A stretch of 64,000 nt of DNA, from assembly GCA_963827165.1 (NCBI GenBank), contig CAWGZR010000011.1:96001-160000 (forward strand), written 5' to 3'. This DNA comes from Candidatus Bathyarchaeota archaeon (GTDB lineage Archaea; Thermoproteota; Bathyarchaeia; Bathyarchaeales; Bathycorpusculaceae). Position 1 is the stretch's first letter; each line of letters starts with the position of its first letter. The notes under the pieces are model-generated. The model ran no database searches and was not told the origin of the DNA. It worked only from the letters and a program-made list of their open reading frames with translations. Of this stretch, positions 47,589 through 56,868 are shown one piece after another. Position numbers and translations under genes: made by a program.

Positions 47589-48944
47589 TTGTTGAAACAT
47601 AAAGCGAGAATCCTTCGGGTCTCCATCTTAAGCTTTGTTTGTACACTGCTTTTCTTGCTTGCTGCTGGCTGCTTCCAGGGCGCGACAGCGACCGCGTCCA
47701 ATCAGCCCATGGCCTCAGAGAGCGGATCCGTCATCATAGCCAACTTCAACTTTCCCGTCGACCCCGGGTCATCCACTTTTATGGCGCGTGTTGTCTCAAC
47801 CGCTCAGGGCGACCATGCAGCTGCCATAGTCATCGAAATGAATACGCCCGGCGGGCTCGTCAGTGATATGCAATCGATTGTTAACTCCATAAAAGCTGCG
47901 AATTCAACCGATATTCCAACTTACACTTTTATCGTGCCAGATGGTTTTGGTGCTTCCGCGGGCAGCTACATAGCTATGGCGTCAAACAGGATTCTTATGG
48001 CTCCAGGATCGGCTATTGGTCCCAGCACACCCATCGTGGTGGGCGGAACAGCGCTGGAGCAGAATCACACCCAAGCCTTTTTCCTCAGTTACATGCAAGC
48101 CTTGGCGTCGGAGTGGGGACGCAACACCACCGCCGTTTACTACATGGTTCAATCTGACGAGGCATTTTCAGCGACTCAAGCGATCCAATATCACGTAGCC
48201 GACGGCTCAGCAAACTCGTTGTCCAACGCGATTAATCAGCTTGGTTTATCTGGGAACTCGCAAACTACGCTTGGCGAAAACTTTTATGAGCAGCTACTCA
48301 GCGCGCTAAGCAATACACTTCTTGACGGCATCCTATTCCTTATTGGGATTATTGCGATCGTAATTGACTTTTTCCATCCAACCATCATACTGACTATTCT
48401 TGGCATCATCGCGATAGTGGCGAGTCTAGTGGGAGCTGAAGTTGTTGGCGCGTCGTTTTTAGGGATCATAATATTAATCGTGGCGGCAGCACTGATTGTT
48501 TTGGAGTTGAAGCTTGGGCACGGCTTTGCACTTATCGCAGGCGTCGTTCTCGGTGCCATCGGAATATACTTCCTGTCCTTTAACCTTCAGTATTCACCCT
48601 CACCGATCGGCGACTTGACAATCCTTTGGCTTAGCTTACTTGTTGCATTTGGGGTACTCGCAGGTCTTTACATCAGGTGGGTGATTGGTCCGATTAGGCG
48701 GCGTTCCAAACTAACAGGTGCCGAAGCCTTAATAGGTAAAACAGGCATAGTCGTCAACGACCTCAATCCCAAAGGCGAAGTCAGGGTTGAAGGAGTAATC
48801 TGGCGGGCCGAATCATTGTCAGGTGACATCGTTAAAGGGGAGCGGGTCACCGTTAAAGCAATGAAAGGACTCACCTTAACAGTTGAGAAAGCTCAAGAAC
48901 CCGAGAGCCAAACTCCGGCAAATGCGGAAACGGATAAAAAATAG
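47589..48944 (+). CDS. nfeD: Long-form NfeD (ClpP-like protease domain + TM domain + OB fold)
   Basis: MNTPGG, GASAGSYI, MAPGSAIG, GRN and LIGKTG...P.GEVRVEGVIW.A. Confidence 0.88.
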   Translation: MLKHKARILRVSILSFVCTLLFLLAAGCFQGATATASNQPMASESGSVIIANFNFPVDPGSSTFMARVVSTAQGDHAAAIVIEMNTPGGLVSDMQSIVNSIKAANSTDIPTYTFIVPDGFGASAGSYIAMASNRILMAPGSAIGPSTPIVVGGTALEQNHTQAFFLSYMQALASEWGRNTTAVYYMVQSDEAFSATQAIQYHVADGSANSLSNAINQLGLSGNSQTTLGENFYEQLLSALSNTLLDGILFLIGIIAIVIDFFHPTIILTILGIIAIVASLVGAEVVGASFLGIIILIVAAALIVLELKLGHGFALIAGVVLGAIGIYFLSFNLQYSPSPIGDLTILWLSLLVAFGVLAGLYIRWVIGPIRRRSKLTGAEALIGKTGIVVNDLNPKGEVRVEGVIWRAESLSGDIVKGERVTVKAMKGLTLTVEKAQEPESQTPANAETDKK

Positions 48945-49073
48945 CTTTCTAAACATTATTCCCTCACCGAATTCAAATAGATTTTTGGAATTCTCAAGAA
49001 AATCTTTTTCGCCAAGTTATTCCTCAAATTTCGGATAGCCTAATATACTCTACCCTCAGGTATAATTTTTTTA

Positions 49074-50357
49074 TTGATGCAGATGAAAAAGCATGTTTGG
49101 CTGCTGATTGCCCTTGTAACTATAATTCTAGTTCTCTCATGCTTTACGTCGGCAAACTCAAATGTAACATCAGGTTTCAGCAACGATGCCTGGAGCAGTT
49201 TTCTGCACGATGCAAGCCACGGTAGCACGGCAAACGGCGAAGGTTCCGAGAATTCTGCCACGCTATTGTGGAATGCAACAATGATGGATGAAGTTGTGTC
49301 TTCTCCGGCTGCAATTGACGGCAAAGTCTTCGTCGGCTGCAACGATGGCGCCGTTTACTGCCTTAACCCAACCAACGGTAAACTATTGTGGTTTTTTTAC
49401 GAGAACAAAACTGAAATGATGTCTTCACCCGCCGTCAGCGATGGCTCAGTTTTCATCGGATCCAACAACGGCAACATTTATGCATTGAACGAGAGCAACG
49501 GGCACCAACTTTGGAATTATACGACCGGCGGCTGGGTTGGTTCCTCTCCGGCTGTTGTAGCCGGCGTGGTCTATGTTGGTTCACGCGACGGAAACCTCTA
49601 CGCCCTGAACGCCGAAAGCGGGGCGAAGGTGTGGAGTTATCAAACAGGCAATGAGGTTGAATCGTCCCCTGCAGTTTCGGATGGCGTGGTTTATTTTGCA
49701 TCTGACAATTTTTACGCTTATGCCCTCAATGCATCCACGGGGCAAATGCTTTGGCAAACTCACACTGGAACCACGATTTCCTCTCCCTGTGTTTCTGGCG
49801 GATATGTTTACGTGGGTTCGTATGACGGTTGGGTTTGCTGCTTGAACGCTTCGTCAGGGGCTCATGTTTGGAGTTATTTGACCCCTGACTCCGTGGTTTC
49901 TTCCCCCGCCGTAGCCCATGGCTGCGTCTTCATCGGTTGCGAAGACAACAATGTTTATTGCTTTAACGCAACGTCGGGCGTTAAAATTTGGCAAAGCTCT
50001 ACCGGATACTGGGTGACATCTTCTCCAGTGGTTTTAGGCGGCAACATTTACGTTGGCTCAGAAGACGACAACATCTACTGCTTAAACGCGAGCAATGGAG
50101 CCAAAGAATGGATTTACCAAACTGGAAACTACGTGGAGTCATCCCCCGCAATCGTAAACAGCACCCTTTACGTAGGATCCGATGACTTCCACCTCTACGC
50201 ATTTTCCCTAATCAACTCGAGCGTTGAAACCCTGCCGATGCAAACCACGAATTCCATGTTCGTAAGTACAATTGTCATTGACGTGGGCGCCGCTGCGGTA
50301 GTAGTCATTATCGTTTTGGCAGGCATCCTCTTCTTTCGTTCAACTAGACAAGTCTAG
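49074..50357 (+). CDS. PQQ-like (BamB-type) beta-propeller exported protein; probably the N-terminal part of a fusion
   Basis: Eight SSPAV...VYVGS.DG..YALNA..G...W repeats, a signal peptide and a C-terminal TM. Confidence 0.88.
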   Translation: MMQMKKHVWLLIALVTIILVLSCFTSANSNVTSGFSNDAWSSFLHDASHGSTANGEGSENSATLLWNATMMDEVVSSPAAIDGKVFVGCNDGAVYCLNPTNGKLLWFFYENKTEMMSSPAVSDGSVFIGSNNGNIYALNESNGHQLWNYTTGGWVGSSPAVVAGVVYVGSRDGNLYALNAESGAKVWSYQTGNEVESSPAVSDGVVYFASDNFYAYALNASTGQMLWQTHTGTTISSPCVSGGYVYVGSYDGWVCCLNASSGAHVWSYLTPDSVVSSPAVAHGCVFIGCEDNNVYCFNATSGVKIWQSSTGYWVTSSPVVLGGNIYVGSEDDNIYCLNASNGAKEWIYQTGNYVESSPAIVNSTLYVGSDDFHLYAFSLINSSVETLPMQTTNSMFVSTIVIDVGAAAVVVIIVLAGILFFRSTRQV

Positions 50358-50436
50358 GCGAGAAGAAAAAATATCAAATGTTTCTGGAGAAAATTCATCT
50401 TGGCTGTCAAGGCACATTGACGCAGTTTGTGTCCTG

Positions 50437-51477
50437 TTGATTCTGGCTTTTTCCACATTATTTTTCGTTAATTTGGGGAGTGGTCATCTTGTGGCTGCCG
50501 ACGAGCAAACTTATTCGCAGTGGACGTTCCATATGCTCAAAACCGGTGATTACATTACTCCTTGGGCTTTTGGCAGCGTTTTCTGGCTTGGCAAGCCGCC
50601 GCTTGTCATGTGGCTAATGTCTCTGTCTTTTCAAATCTTTGGCGTGAACAATTTTGCCGCACGATTCTGGAGCCCCATATTTGGCGCGCTGTCGCTGGTT
50701 CTCGTCTACTATTTGGGAAAGAAACTGTACAACCCCTATGTCGGATTCATGTCGGCCTTCGTTTTGGGGACGCTTACAACATTTTATGTTTATTCACGAC
50801 TCGCCATGACCGACGTTCCCTTAATCTTCTTCAGCTTGGGAACAATTTACTTCTTTGTTTTAACCGAGAAAACAGAAAAAACCACCCGATACGCCATCCT
50901 CAGCGGGTTATTCTTCGGGTTAGCCCTGATGACCAAGCAGATTGAAGCTCTCTTGGTTCTGCTGATCCTGATTTTGTATCTTGCGGCGACGAGGAAGACC
51001 TTGCGGTTTTTCTTTTCAAAAGGCTTTACTCTTTTCTGGACCATCGGGCTTCTTGTTTTTTCTCCCTGGTTAATCTACATGGCAGTTCATTTTGGCTCTC
51101 CATTTTGGCAATGGTATTTTGTTTACGACGTTCTTAATCGATCAGTAGGCGTAGTTGAGAATCACGCTGGAAACTACATATACTACTTCAACTTCCTTGC
51201 ACACAACGAAAGTTTGGTTTATCTGATACTCTTGCCAATAGGCGCGGCCCTGTGCCTTTTCAACGCGGTTTTCAAGCGGTTAAAAGCGGACACGCTGATT
51301 TTTCTGTGGATTGTCGTTGTTCTACTGGTGTTCACAATCGCTCAATCGAAACTTGACTGGTATATCCTGCCGGCTTTTCCAGCATTCGCGCTCGCCATCA
51401 GCAGTCTCCTCTATCAACTTGGAAAGAAAACTTATGGACTCCTAAAGAAAGTGCCACTTCGCAGGCTGCGCAAGTAG
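50437..51477 (+). CDS. ArnT/PMT-like GT-C glycosyltransferase (family 39/83)
   Basis: ADEQTY, KPPLVMW, ARFWSPIFG, RLAMTD, LMTK and KLDWYILPAFP. The frame is open back into the propeller gene. Confidence 0.85.
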   Translation: MILAFSTLFFVNLGSGHLVAADEQTYSQWTFHMLKTGDYITPWAFGSVFWLGKPPLVMWLMSLSFQIFGVNNFAARFWSPIFGALSLVLVYYLGKKLYNPYVGFMSAFVLGTLTTFYVYSRLAMTDVPLIFFSLGTIYFFVLTEKTEKTTRYAILSGLFFGLALMTKQIEALLVLLILILYLAATRKTLRFFFSKGFTLFWTIGLLVFSPWLIYMAVHFGSPFWQWYFVYDVLNRSVGVVENHAGNYIYYFNFLAHNESLVYLILLPIGAALCLFNAVFKRLKADTLIFLWIVVVLLVFTIAQSKLDWYILPAFPAFALAISSLLYQLGKKTYGLLKKVPLRRLRK

Positions 51478-52416
51478 CTAAAAGCTTCTGGGTTTACGAT
51501 TGTAAAGCACAGTCACTATCTCAAGTATCGATAACGCTGCAATCGCATAGAGCGGAATCCAATCATACAGGTACATCTGTGACACTGTTCCGGCATTAGT
51601 CTCCGTTGACAAAAACGCGAAGCCTACCCCGTTGTAGAGGAAGAATGGGAGATTTGTAGCTGCGAGAAAGGCGAAGGACCCGCCGATGAACTTCCGCAGC
51701 GAACCTCGGTTATACCATAGCAGAAGGGGCAAGGCAAACAGTGCAACCCGTGGGTCAAAAGCCCCAAAAGCAAAAAGCAGCGCCGACAGCCACGGTTTTT
51801 TGGAGAACCCAAAATAGATGGCGCCTACTAAAAGGACAGTTTGGAGTATGTGGGCGTTTGCTAAGAGGTATCCGCAGTAATAGCTGGGCGAGAAAGTTTG
51901 CACGTGGAGACTAAGCATGCGGTAATGCAGAAACCCAGCGATGGAGTAGCTCGCTGAAGGAGCAATTAGAATTGGATCAACTAGTACAATTACGGCTGCT
52001 GCTGCTCCGACGAAGAGGTTTTTGCTTGCAACTATTTTGTAGACGAAAAAAGCTAGGACCAAAATTAAGATGGCTTGAACTATGTCGAAGGCGTTAAGTG
52101 CGTCCTGGTAGCCTAAGCTAAGGAAAGGCGCAAAAAGTATCAGAAAAGACGGCGTGTACTTGAACGGTTGTGGCTGCGGCTGAATTGGGTAGTCGCCTGG
52201 TTGAACGCTGGCGGAGTAGATTTGGGTCGGGTTATGGATTAGCCGCCATTCCCCGATGTAGTACGCTGAGAAATCCCTCGCCAAAGTGGGTGCTTCAGGC
52301 TTGAAAGTCTGTGGGTAAGCGTATAGGAAGATGCTCAAATTCAAGAAAACCAATACACCGATGAGTAATATGATTCCCGTTTTTCTGGACAAGACAAGTT
52401 TCATTGGCTTTCCCAT
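51478..52416 (-). CDS. GT87/DUF2029-like membrane glycosyltransferase
   Basis: RDFSAYY...IY...FKYTPSFLILFAPF; multi-TM. Confidence 0.7.
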   Translation of the reverse strand: MGKPMKLVLSRKTGIILLIGVLVFLNLSIFLYAYPQTFKPEAPTLARDFSAYYIGEWRLIHNPTQIYSASVQPGDYPIQPQPQPFKYTPSFLILFAPFLSLGYQDALNAFDIVQAILILVLAFFVYKIVASKNLFVGAAAAVIVLVDPILIAPSASYSIAGFLHYRMLSLHVQTFSPSYYCGYLLANAHILQTVLLVGAIYFGFSKKPWLSALLFAFGAFDPRVALFALPLLLWYNRGSLRKFIGGSFAFLAATNLPFFLYNGVGFAFLSTETNAGTVSQMYLYDWIPLYAIAALSILEIVTVLYNRKPRSF

Positions 52417-52634
52417 GGATAGGTGCGACGAATCTGTTTGAAACACGATTTATTCTTTGCGGTAAATCCCTCTAAACTCGAAAACCAGCGAAAAAGGGAT
52501 TATCGGCTGAAGTGCTGAAACTTTCGAGTTTTGACTAAAGAAAAGGGCAACTCGACATGATAGTCGATTTATAGAAACCCTTTAATTGGCGGTGATTTCA
52601 GTTCCATCTAAGCCTTAAAGGAGAAAAATTTGGA

Positions 52635-52796
52635 ATGTCTACTTCACAAGAGTCAAGTGCTTTGCCGAATGAGTCCAGCAGCGATCAACAAGCGCGGTTA
52701 GCGAGGGCAGTGCGTCGGGTTGAATTGCTAAGCTACGCGGCGGCAGCTCTCGGAATAACTCTACTCGCAGTCATAATCGCAATTTCCTTACTTTAG
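52635..52796 (+). CDS. Small tail-anchored protein (53 aa)
   Basis: MSTSQESSALPNESSSDQQARLARAVRRVELLSYAAAALGITLLAVIIAISLL*, with AAGGAG upstream. Confidence 0.5.
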   Translation: MSTSQESSALPNESSSDQQARLARAVRRVELLSYAAAALGITLLAVIIAISLL

Positions 52797-52842
52797 AAAT
52801 GCGCTACAAAGAAAGCGGCTTTGAGGGAGGTTCAAGAAAAAA

Positions 52843-52947
52843 TTGGAAGAAATCATTGAACAAACAATCAAGAAACTGGAACGATTAAGCAGAATCCTCA
52901 CGGTCATAGTCATCGTTGAGCTTGTGGCTTTGCTGCTATTCTTGTAG
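52843..52947 (+). CDS. Small tail-anchored peptide (34 aa)
   Basis: TTG start; EEIIEQTIKKLERLSRILTVIVIVELVALLLFL*; GGAGG upstream. Confidence 0.4.
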   Translation: MEEIIEQTIKKLERLSRILTVIVIVELVALLLFL

Positions 52948-53057
52948 ATTCAAAGTTTCCTCTTCTTTTAAGAATCGCATAACGCTCGACGCCTTCAAAC
53001 AGATAAGCAAAATATATAGGCAACGAGTTAAGTAAGCGAAATGATGGATCTGGGAAA

Positions 53058-53387
53058 ATGGTTTTTGAAAAGGTCGCTGAAACAACGGAGATATCTCCTG
53101 GAAAAACTAAAATCGTTAATTTTGGTTCGGAAGAAGTTTTGCTTGCAAACGTCGACGGAAATTTCTATGCTATCGGGAACGTCTGTACGCACGAAGGCGG
53201 AAAACTTTCCAAAGGAACCCTGCAGGGAACCACCGTTACTTGCCCCAGGCACAAGGCACAGTTCGACGTAAAAACCGGCGGAGTAGTGACTTCACCAAAA
53301 ATCCTTTTCATGCATCCTAAAATCAATAACGCACCCATATATGCAGTCAAAGTTGAAGGAACAGCTATTCTGATTGAACATGAATAA
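53058..53387 (+). CDS. Rieske-type [2Fe-2S] ferredoxin
   Basis: CTHEGG...TCPRHKAQFD. Confidence 0.9.
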   Translation: MVFEKVAETTEISPGKTKIVNFGSEEVLLANVDGNFYAIGNVCTHEGGKLSKGTLQGTTVTCPRHKAQFDVKTGGVVTSPKILFMHPKINNAPIYAVKVEGTAILIEHE

Positions 53388-53510
53388 GACTCGATCGGCA
53401 GCAACTTTTCGGCTTTTGAAGAAGAAATTACATGAAGTGAACGTTGGTCGAGAACTCAAGTTTATCAGAGTGAAATACTTTTATTTCTGAACTTGAAGTG
53501 GTCTGGAGAA

Positions 53511-54272
53511 ATGGAAGTTTCCAAAATATCCAGTGCGTCTGAGCTCGAATTCGTCTTCCCAGACGGCTTCTCATTCTTTGAGCCTTATATTCAATACTTC
53601 GTCAAAGAAATTCTCGAGGTAGGCGGCGAGGCGTATGTCTCGAGAACTTCTGAGGGCGAGGTTTCGGGCATATTCATGTATGACCTGTCTGAGAATCAAG
53701 GAACAATTTACACGAGGTCAAGAGAAGTCTTCGACCACTTTTACGCCTTAAAACCGTTCAATTTCTTGTTCGCGGAGTTGAAAACTGAGCTCGAAAATGA
53801 AATCTACGATATTTACGGTGTACAATTTGAGAACATACCTGTTGATCATCGCTTTAGCTACGAGATTTCCATGGCGGATAAGGATCGAGTTGGTGAGATT
53901 GAGCAATTCATGTCTGCAACCCATCCTGGGATAAACAAAAAGTGGGTAGGCGTGGCGCTTAAGAATGGCCAACGGTGCTTTGTTGTCAGCTTAAACCACG
54001 AAATTGCAGGGTTAGGCTGGGCTACGATTGTGAATGGCGTTGGAAGATTGCATACTCTCTATGTGAAACCCCAGTTAAGGCGAATAGGCATAGGGGAAGA
54101 TATTTTGAATGCCCGTCTTCTCTGGCTTAAGGCAAATCACGCCAATTCTGCATTCTGCGAGATTTCCCGTTACAACGTGGCTTCAGCTGGGAATGTTATG
54201 AAAGCGCATATGCGGGTGTCTGGACAGGTTTTCCAGTATTTTAGGAAAGACTTCGATAAAAATAAGAAATAA
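53511..54272 (+). CDS. GNAT family N-acetyltransferase
   Basis: LYVKPQLRRIGIG acetyl-CoA motif in the C-terminal domain. Confidence 0.8.
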   Translation: MEVSKISSASELEFVFPDGFSFFEPYIQYFVKEILEVGGEAYVSRTSEGEVSGIFMYDLSENQGTIYTRSREVFDHFYALKPFNFLFAELKTELENEIYDIYGVQFENIPVDHRFSYEISMADKDRVGEIEQFMSATHPGINKKWVGVALKNGQRCFVVSLNHEIAGLGWATIVNGVGRLHTLYVKPQLRRIGIGEDILNARLLWLKANHANSAFCEISRYNVASAGNVMKAHMRVSGQVFQYFRKDFDKNKK

Positions 54273-54289
54273 AAACTTAGGGTTCGAAC

Positions 54290-55312
54290 CTATGTTCTGG
54301 GCGCTCCGCAAATGGGACAAGTTTCTGCGGTGGAGTCTATTAGTGCTCCGCAGTAGCGGCATTTTACTTTTACAACCTCTTTAATCACGATCTGCTGCAC
54401 TTGCGGCTGCTTCGGAGTCAAATCAATTTGGGGTACAGGCGGCGGCGAAGTCGGCGGGGAATATTCTTGTTGGGGGCTATGCTTTGGAAGGCTTCTTCTC
54501 CTGGAAATAGCGATAATGATGATGATGACTATGATTACAATGATAACAAGCGCTATTGCCGCGATGAGGCCAACATTTAGGGTTGCACTCGAATTTCCTC
54601 CAGTTGCCGTCGTCAGCGAATAGCTGCTTGAGGTCACATATAGGTTGTCGGTCCATGTGAACCCGTCGCCTGAAGGGTTGGTATCGTGTTCAACGTATTC
54701 ATATCCGATTATGTACCCCGTGGTCGGGTCAAAGTAGGCTTTCCACGTGTAGGCGGCGGTGAATTGTCCGTAGTTATCGTTGCGTTCATAGCTTGAGGTT
54801 CCTTGGGCAGAAATCGCGTTGACGTTCCTGTTCTGGGAGGAAAGATAGTAGCTGTAGCTAGTGGATTCGACGGTCATTTGGGTGTTTAGAATGGTGAAGG
54901 CGCCTCCATTCTGGATTGAGTTATCCATCAGGAACCAGACTGTTGGGTTGACATAGCCTGTTTGGTCGTCTGTCCCATCGATGTAATAGTAGTCGGCGGA
55001 TGAGAAAGTATAGCTTCCTGATTGGCTGCCGGTTTCGGTTGAGCTTGAGGAGCTGTTGCTGTAAGTCCAAGAGTAGTCATATGAGGCAGAAACGACTCCG
55101 CTCGCATCAACGCTGTTCATCGTTTCCTTTCCATCCACAACTGTCTGCTCAGTGTAACCAGAATAGCTACCTGTGCCGCTTCCAAGGCTTTCAACCTCGT
55201 GATAGTTGAAGTGGTCGCCTTGATGGGGCACGTAGGTTGCCGCGGCAATGACTGGAGAAGCTGCTATGAAAAGCGAAAGGACGATGATAAGAAACAGGGA
55301 TTTCGAGGTCAA
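54290..55312 (-). CDS. Single-pass membrane protein: extracellular S/T/Y-rich domain, TM, Pro-rich linker, cytoplasmic zinc ribbon
   Basis: Signal peptide, YFDPTTGYIIG, IIVIIVIIIIIAISRRR and CRYCG...CPICGA. Confidence 0.8.
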   Translation of the reverse strand: MTSKSLFLIIVLSLFIAASPVIAAATYVPHQGDHFNYHEVESLGSGTGSYSGYTEQTVVDGKETMNSVDASGVVSASYDYSWTYSNSSSSSTETGSQSGSYTFSSADYYYIDGTDDQTGYVNPTVWFLMDNSIQNGGAFTILNTQMTVESTSYSYYLSSQNRNVNAISAQGTSSYERNDNYGQFTAAYTWKAYFDPTTGYIIGYEYVEHDTNPSGDGFTWTDNLYVTSSSYSLTTATGGNSSATLNVGLIAAIALVIIVIIVIIIIIAISRRRSLPKHSPQQEYSPPTSPPPVPQIDLTPKQPQVQQIVIKEVVKVKCRYCGALIDSTAETCPICGAPRT

Positions 55313-56868
55313 CCCATGAACCCTCCGACTCCGTGTACGTGTGCAGGATGGAAGCCTCCGATGGAACTGAACGTAGAGTAATAGTATGAATGTGCGACTA
55401 TCAGCGGTGCGTAGTAGAGGAAGAATATGTTTGATGGAATATATGTGAATTGCATCGGGGTGTTGGTGAGTTTTGCGGTTGGATCAAGTTCCTTTACCAG
55501 TTCGTTTTTGACTCCGTGAATCATTCTGACTGAGAGACTCAGAAGTTCAGGGGGAAAGAGGTCTTTAGCGTATGTTCCAAGCAGAGAATAGGCTTTCTGC
55601 ATCAAGTCAAGGGTCTCGTTGGCTTCGAGCGTTGATATAGACGCAAGGATCGCGGAGGCAACAAGTGGATACTCAAGATAGTTTTTGAGTGCATCGACAA
55701 TTATTGTCAACTTCGTGTTCACTTCACCAGGTGCTAAATCGGCGATCGACAGATACGCAGAAGCAAGTTCGGTATCCTCCGACACCTGATATCCCCAGGA
55801 ATTAAACATCGATCTGAAAGACTGGAATTTATCGGTCAACTGGTCAAAAGGAACATTTACAACAGCGAGGATTGCAGCTGATTCACTCGAAGAGGTCATT
55901 TTGGAAAATTGCGCAAATCTATCAGTTGGAAATGTCCCGTCAAATCTTTTTCCGAACATGATGATGGCTGCGACACCGACTGACAGCTCTTTTGGAACCT
56001 TATCATGCCTGACTTCCTTGTCAAGGTTTCCCAAGGAAGCTAACAGGTTTTGCAAGTCGGAATCACTAGACGACTGAGTTTGGCCATCCGCAAAGCTGGT
56101 AATAATCTCTGCCGCCATCATCTTGTTTTCGATGGTGGATTTGAAATGCTGAAGACTGTTTGTGGCCAGAAGAAATCTTTGGGAGATTTGATTAGGGTCG
56201 CCCTGAAGCTTTCCTAAGCCCACTGAGACGCTCCACAGCTGGGAAAGGTCTGCCCCTGGAAATTCAGCGATGAACCGATTGGCGTAGAAGGCAGCTTTGT
56301 ATGCTATGTTCCTTAGTTCATCGGACGTTTCCTTTGTTTCTTCGATGAAGTCTGAGAACTCGTTGCCAGAAACCCTGTAGTTTCTGACGTTGAGATCATT
56401 CAGTGTCACTACTCCGAGCCCAGTTAATGACAGATATACGCCGCTGTAAGGCACCATTCGATCAGTCACGGATTTCTTCTGAATTAACTCGTTAATTTTA
56501 GCGTCTTTTTCTGCTATTTCACCGTCAATTTTCGAAACAGCCGACTTTTCACTTTCAACTTTTTCGCGTTCCGCTTCCTTAACCTCTTTTCCTTCAAAAA
56601 GAAACTTGATCGAATGAGTTTTGCCCTCATCTTCTTGAAGCGCGCTTTTTGCGCCCCTATCTGCATTCTCCTCATTCGCCAAATCTATGCTCATTTGCGT
56701 CAAACTTGAAACTTCAGCCACAGCCTGATCGTAAGCTTCTTTCTGCATAACAGAAAGGTAGCCATTATCGCGTAGAAAATCAATGTCAGGTTGGGAAATT
56801 TGCATTGAAATTGATTTTTCAGCTATTTGGGAAAAAAATGTTCTAGCGTCGTTGCAGCGCATATTCAT
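55309..56868 (-). CDS. Hypothetical 519-aa protein: coiled coil inserted in a wHTH-like domain, helical repeats (DUF4003-like), Gly/His-rich tail
   Basis: FLRDNGYL...coil...YLSLTGLG; repeated [A/S]AIL[A/S] helices; GGFHPAHVHGVGGFMG. Confidence 0.75.
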   Translation of the reverse strand: MNMRCNDARTFFSQIAEKSISMQISQPDIDFLRDNGYLSVMQKEAYDQAVAEVSSLTQMSIDLANEENADRGAKSALQEDEGKTHSIKFLFEGKEVKEAEREKVESEKSAVSKIDGEIAEKDAKINELIQKKSVTDRMVPYSGVYLSLTGLGVVTLNDLNVRNYRVSGNEFSDFIEETKETSDELRNIAYKAAFYANRFIAEFPGADLSQLWSVSVGLGKLQGDPNQISQRFLLATNSLQHFKSTIENKMMAAEIITSFADGQTQSSSDSDLQNLLASLGNLDKEVRHDKVPKELSVGVAAIIMFGKRFDGTFPTDRFAQFSKMTSSSESAAILAVVNVPFDQLTDKFQSFRSMFNSWGYQVSEDTELASAYLSIADLAPGEVNTKLTIIVDALKNYLEYPLVASAILASISTLEANETLDLMQKAYSLLGTYAKDLFPPELLSLSVRMIHGVKNELVKELDPTAKLTNTPMQFTYIPSNIFFLYYAPLIVAHSYYYSTFSSIGGFHPAHVHGVGGFMG

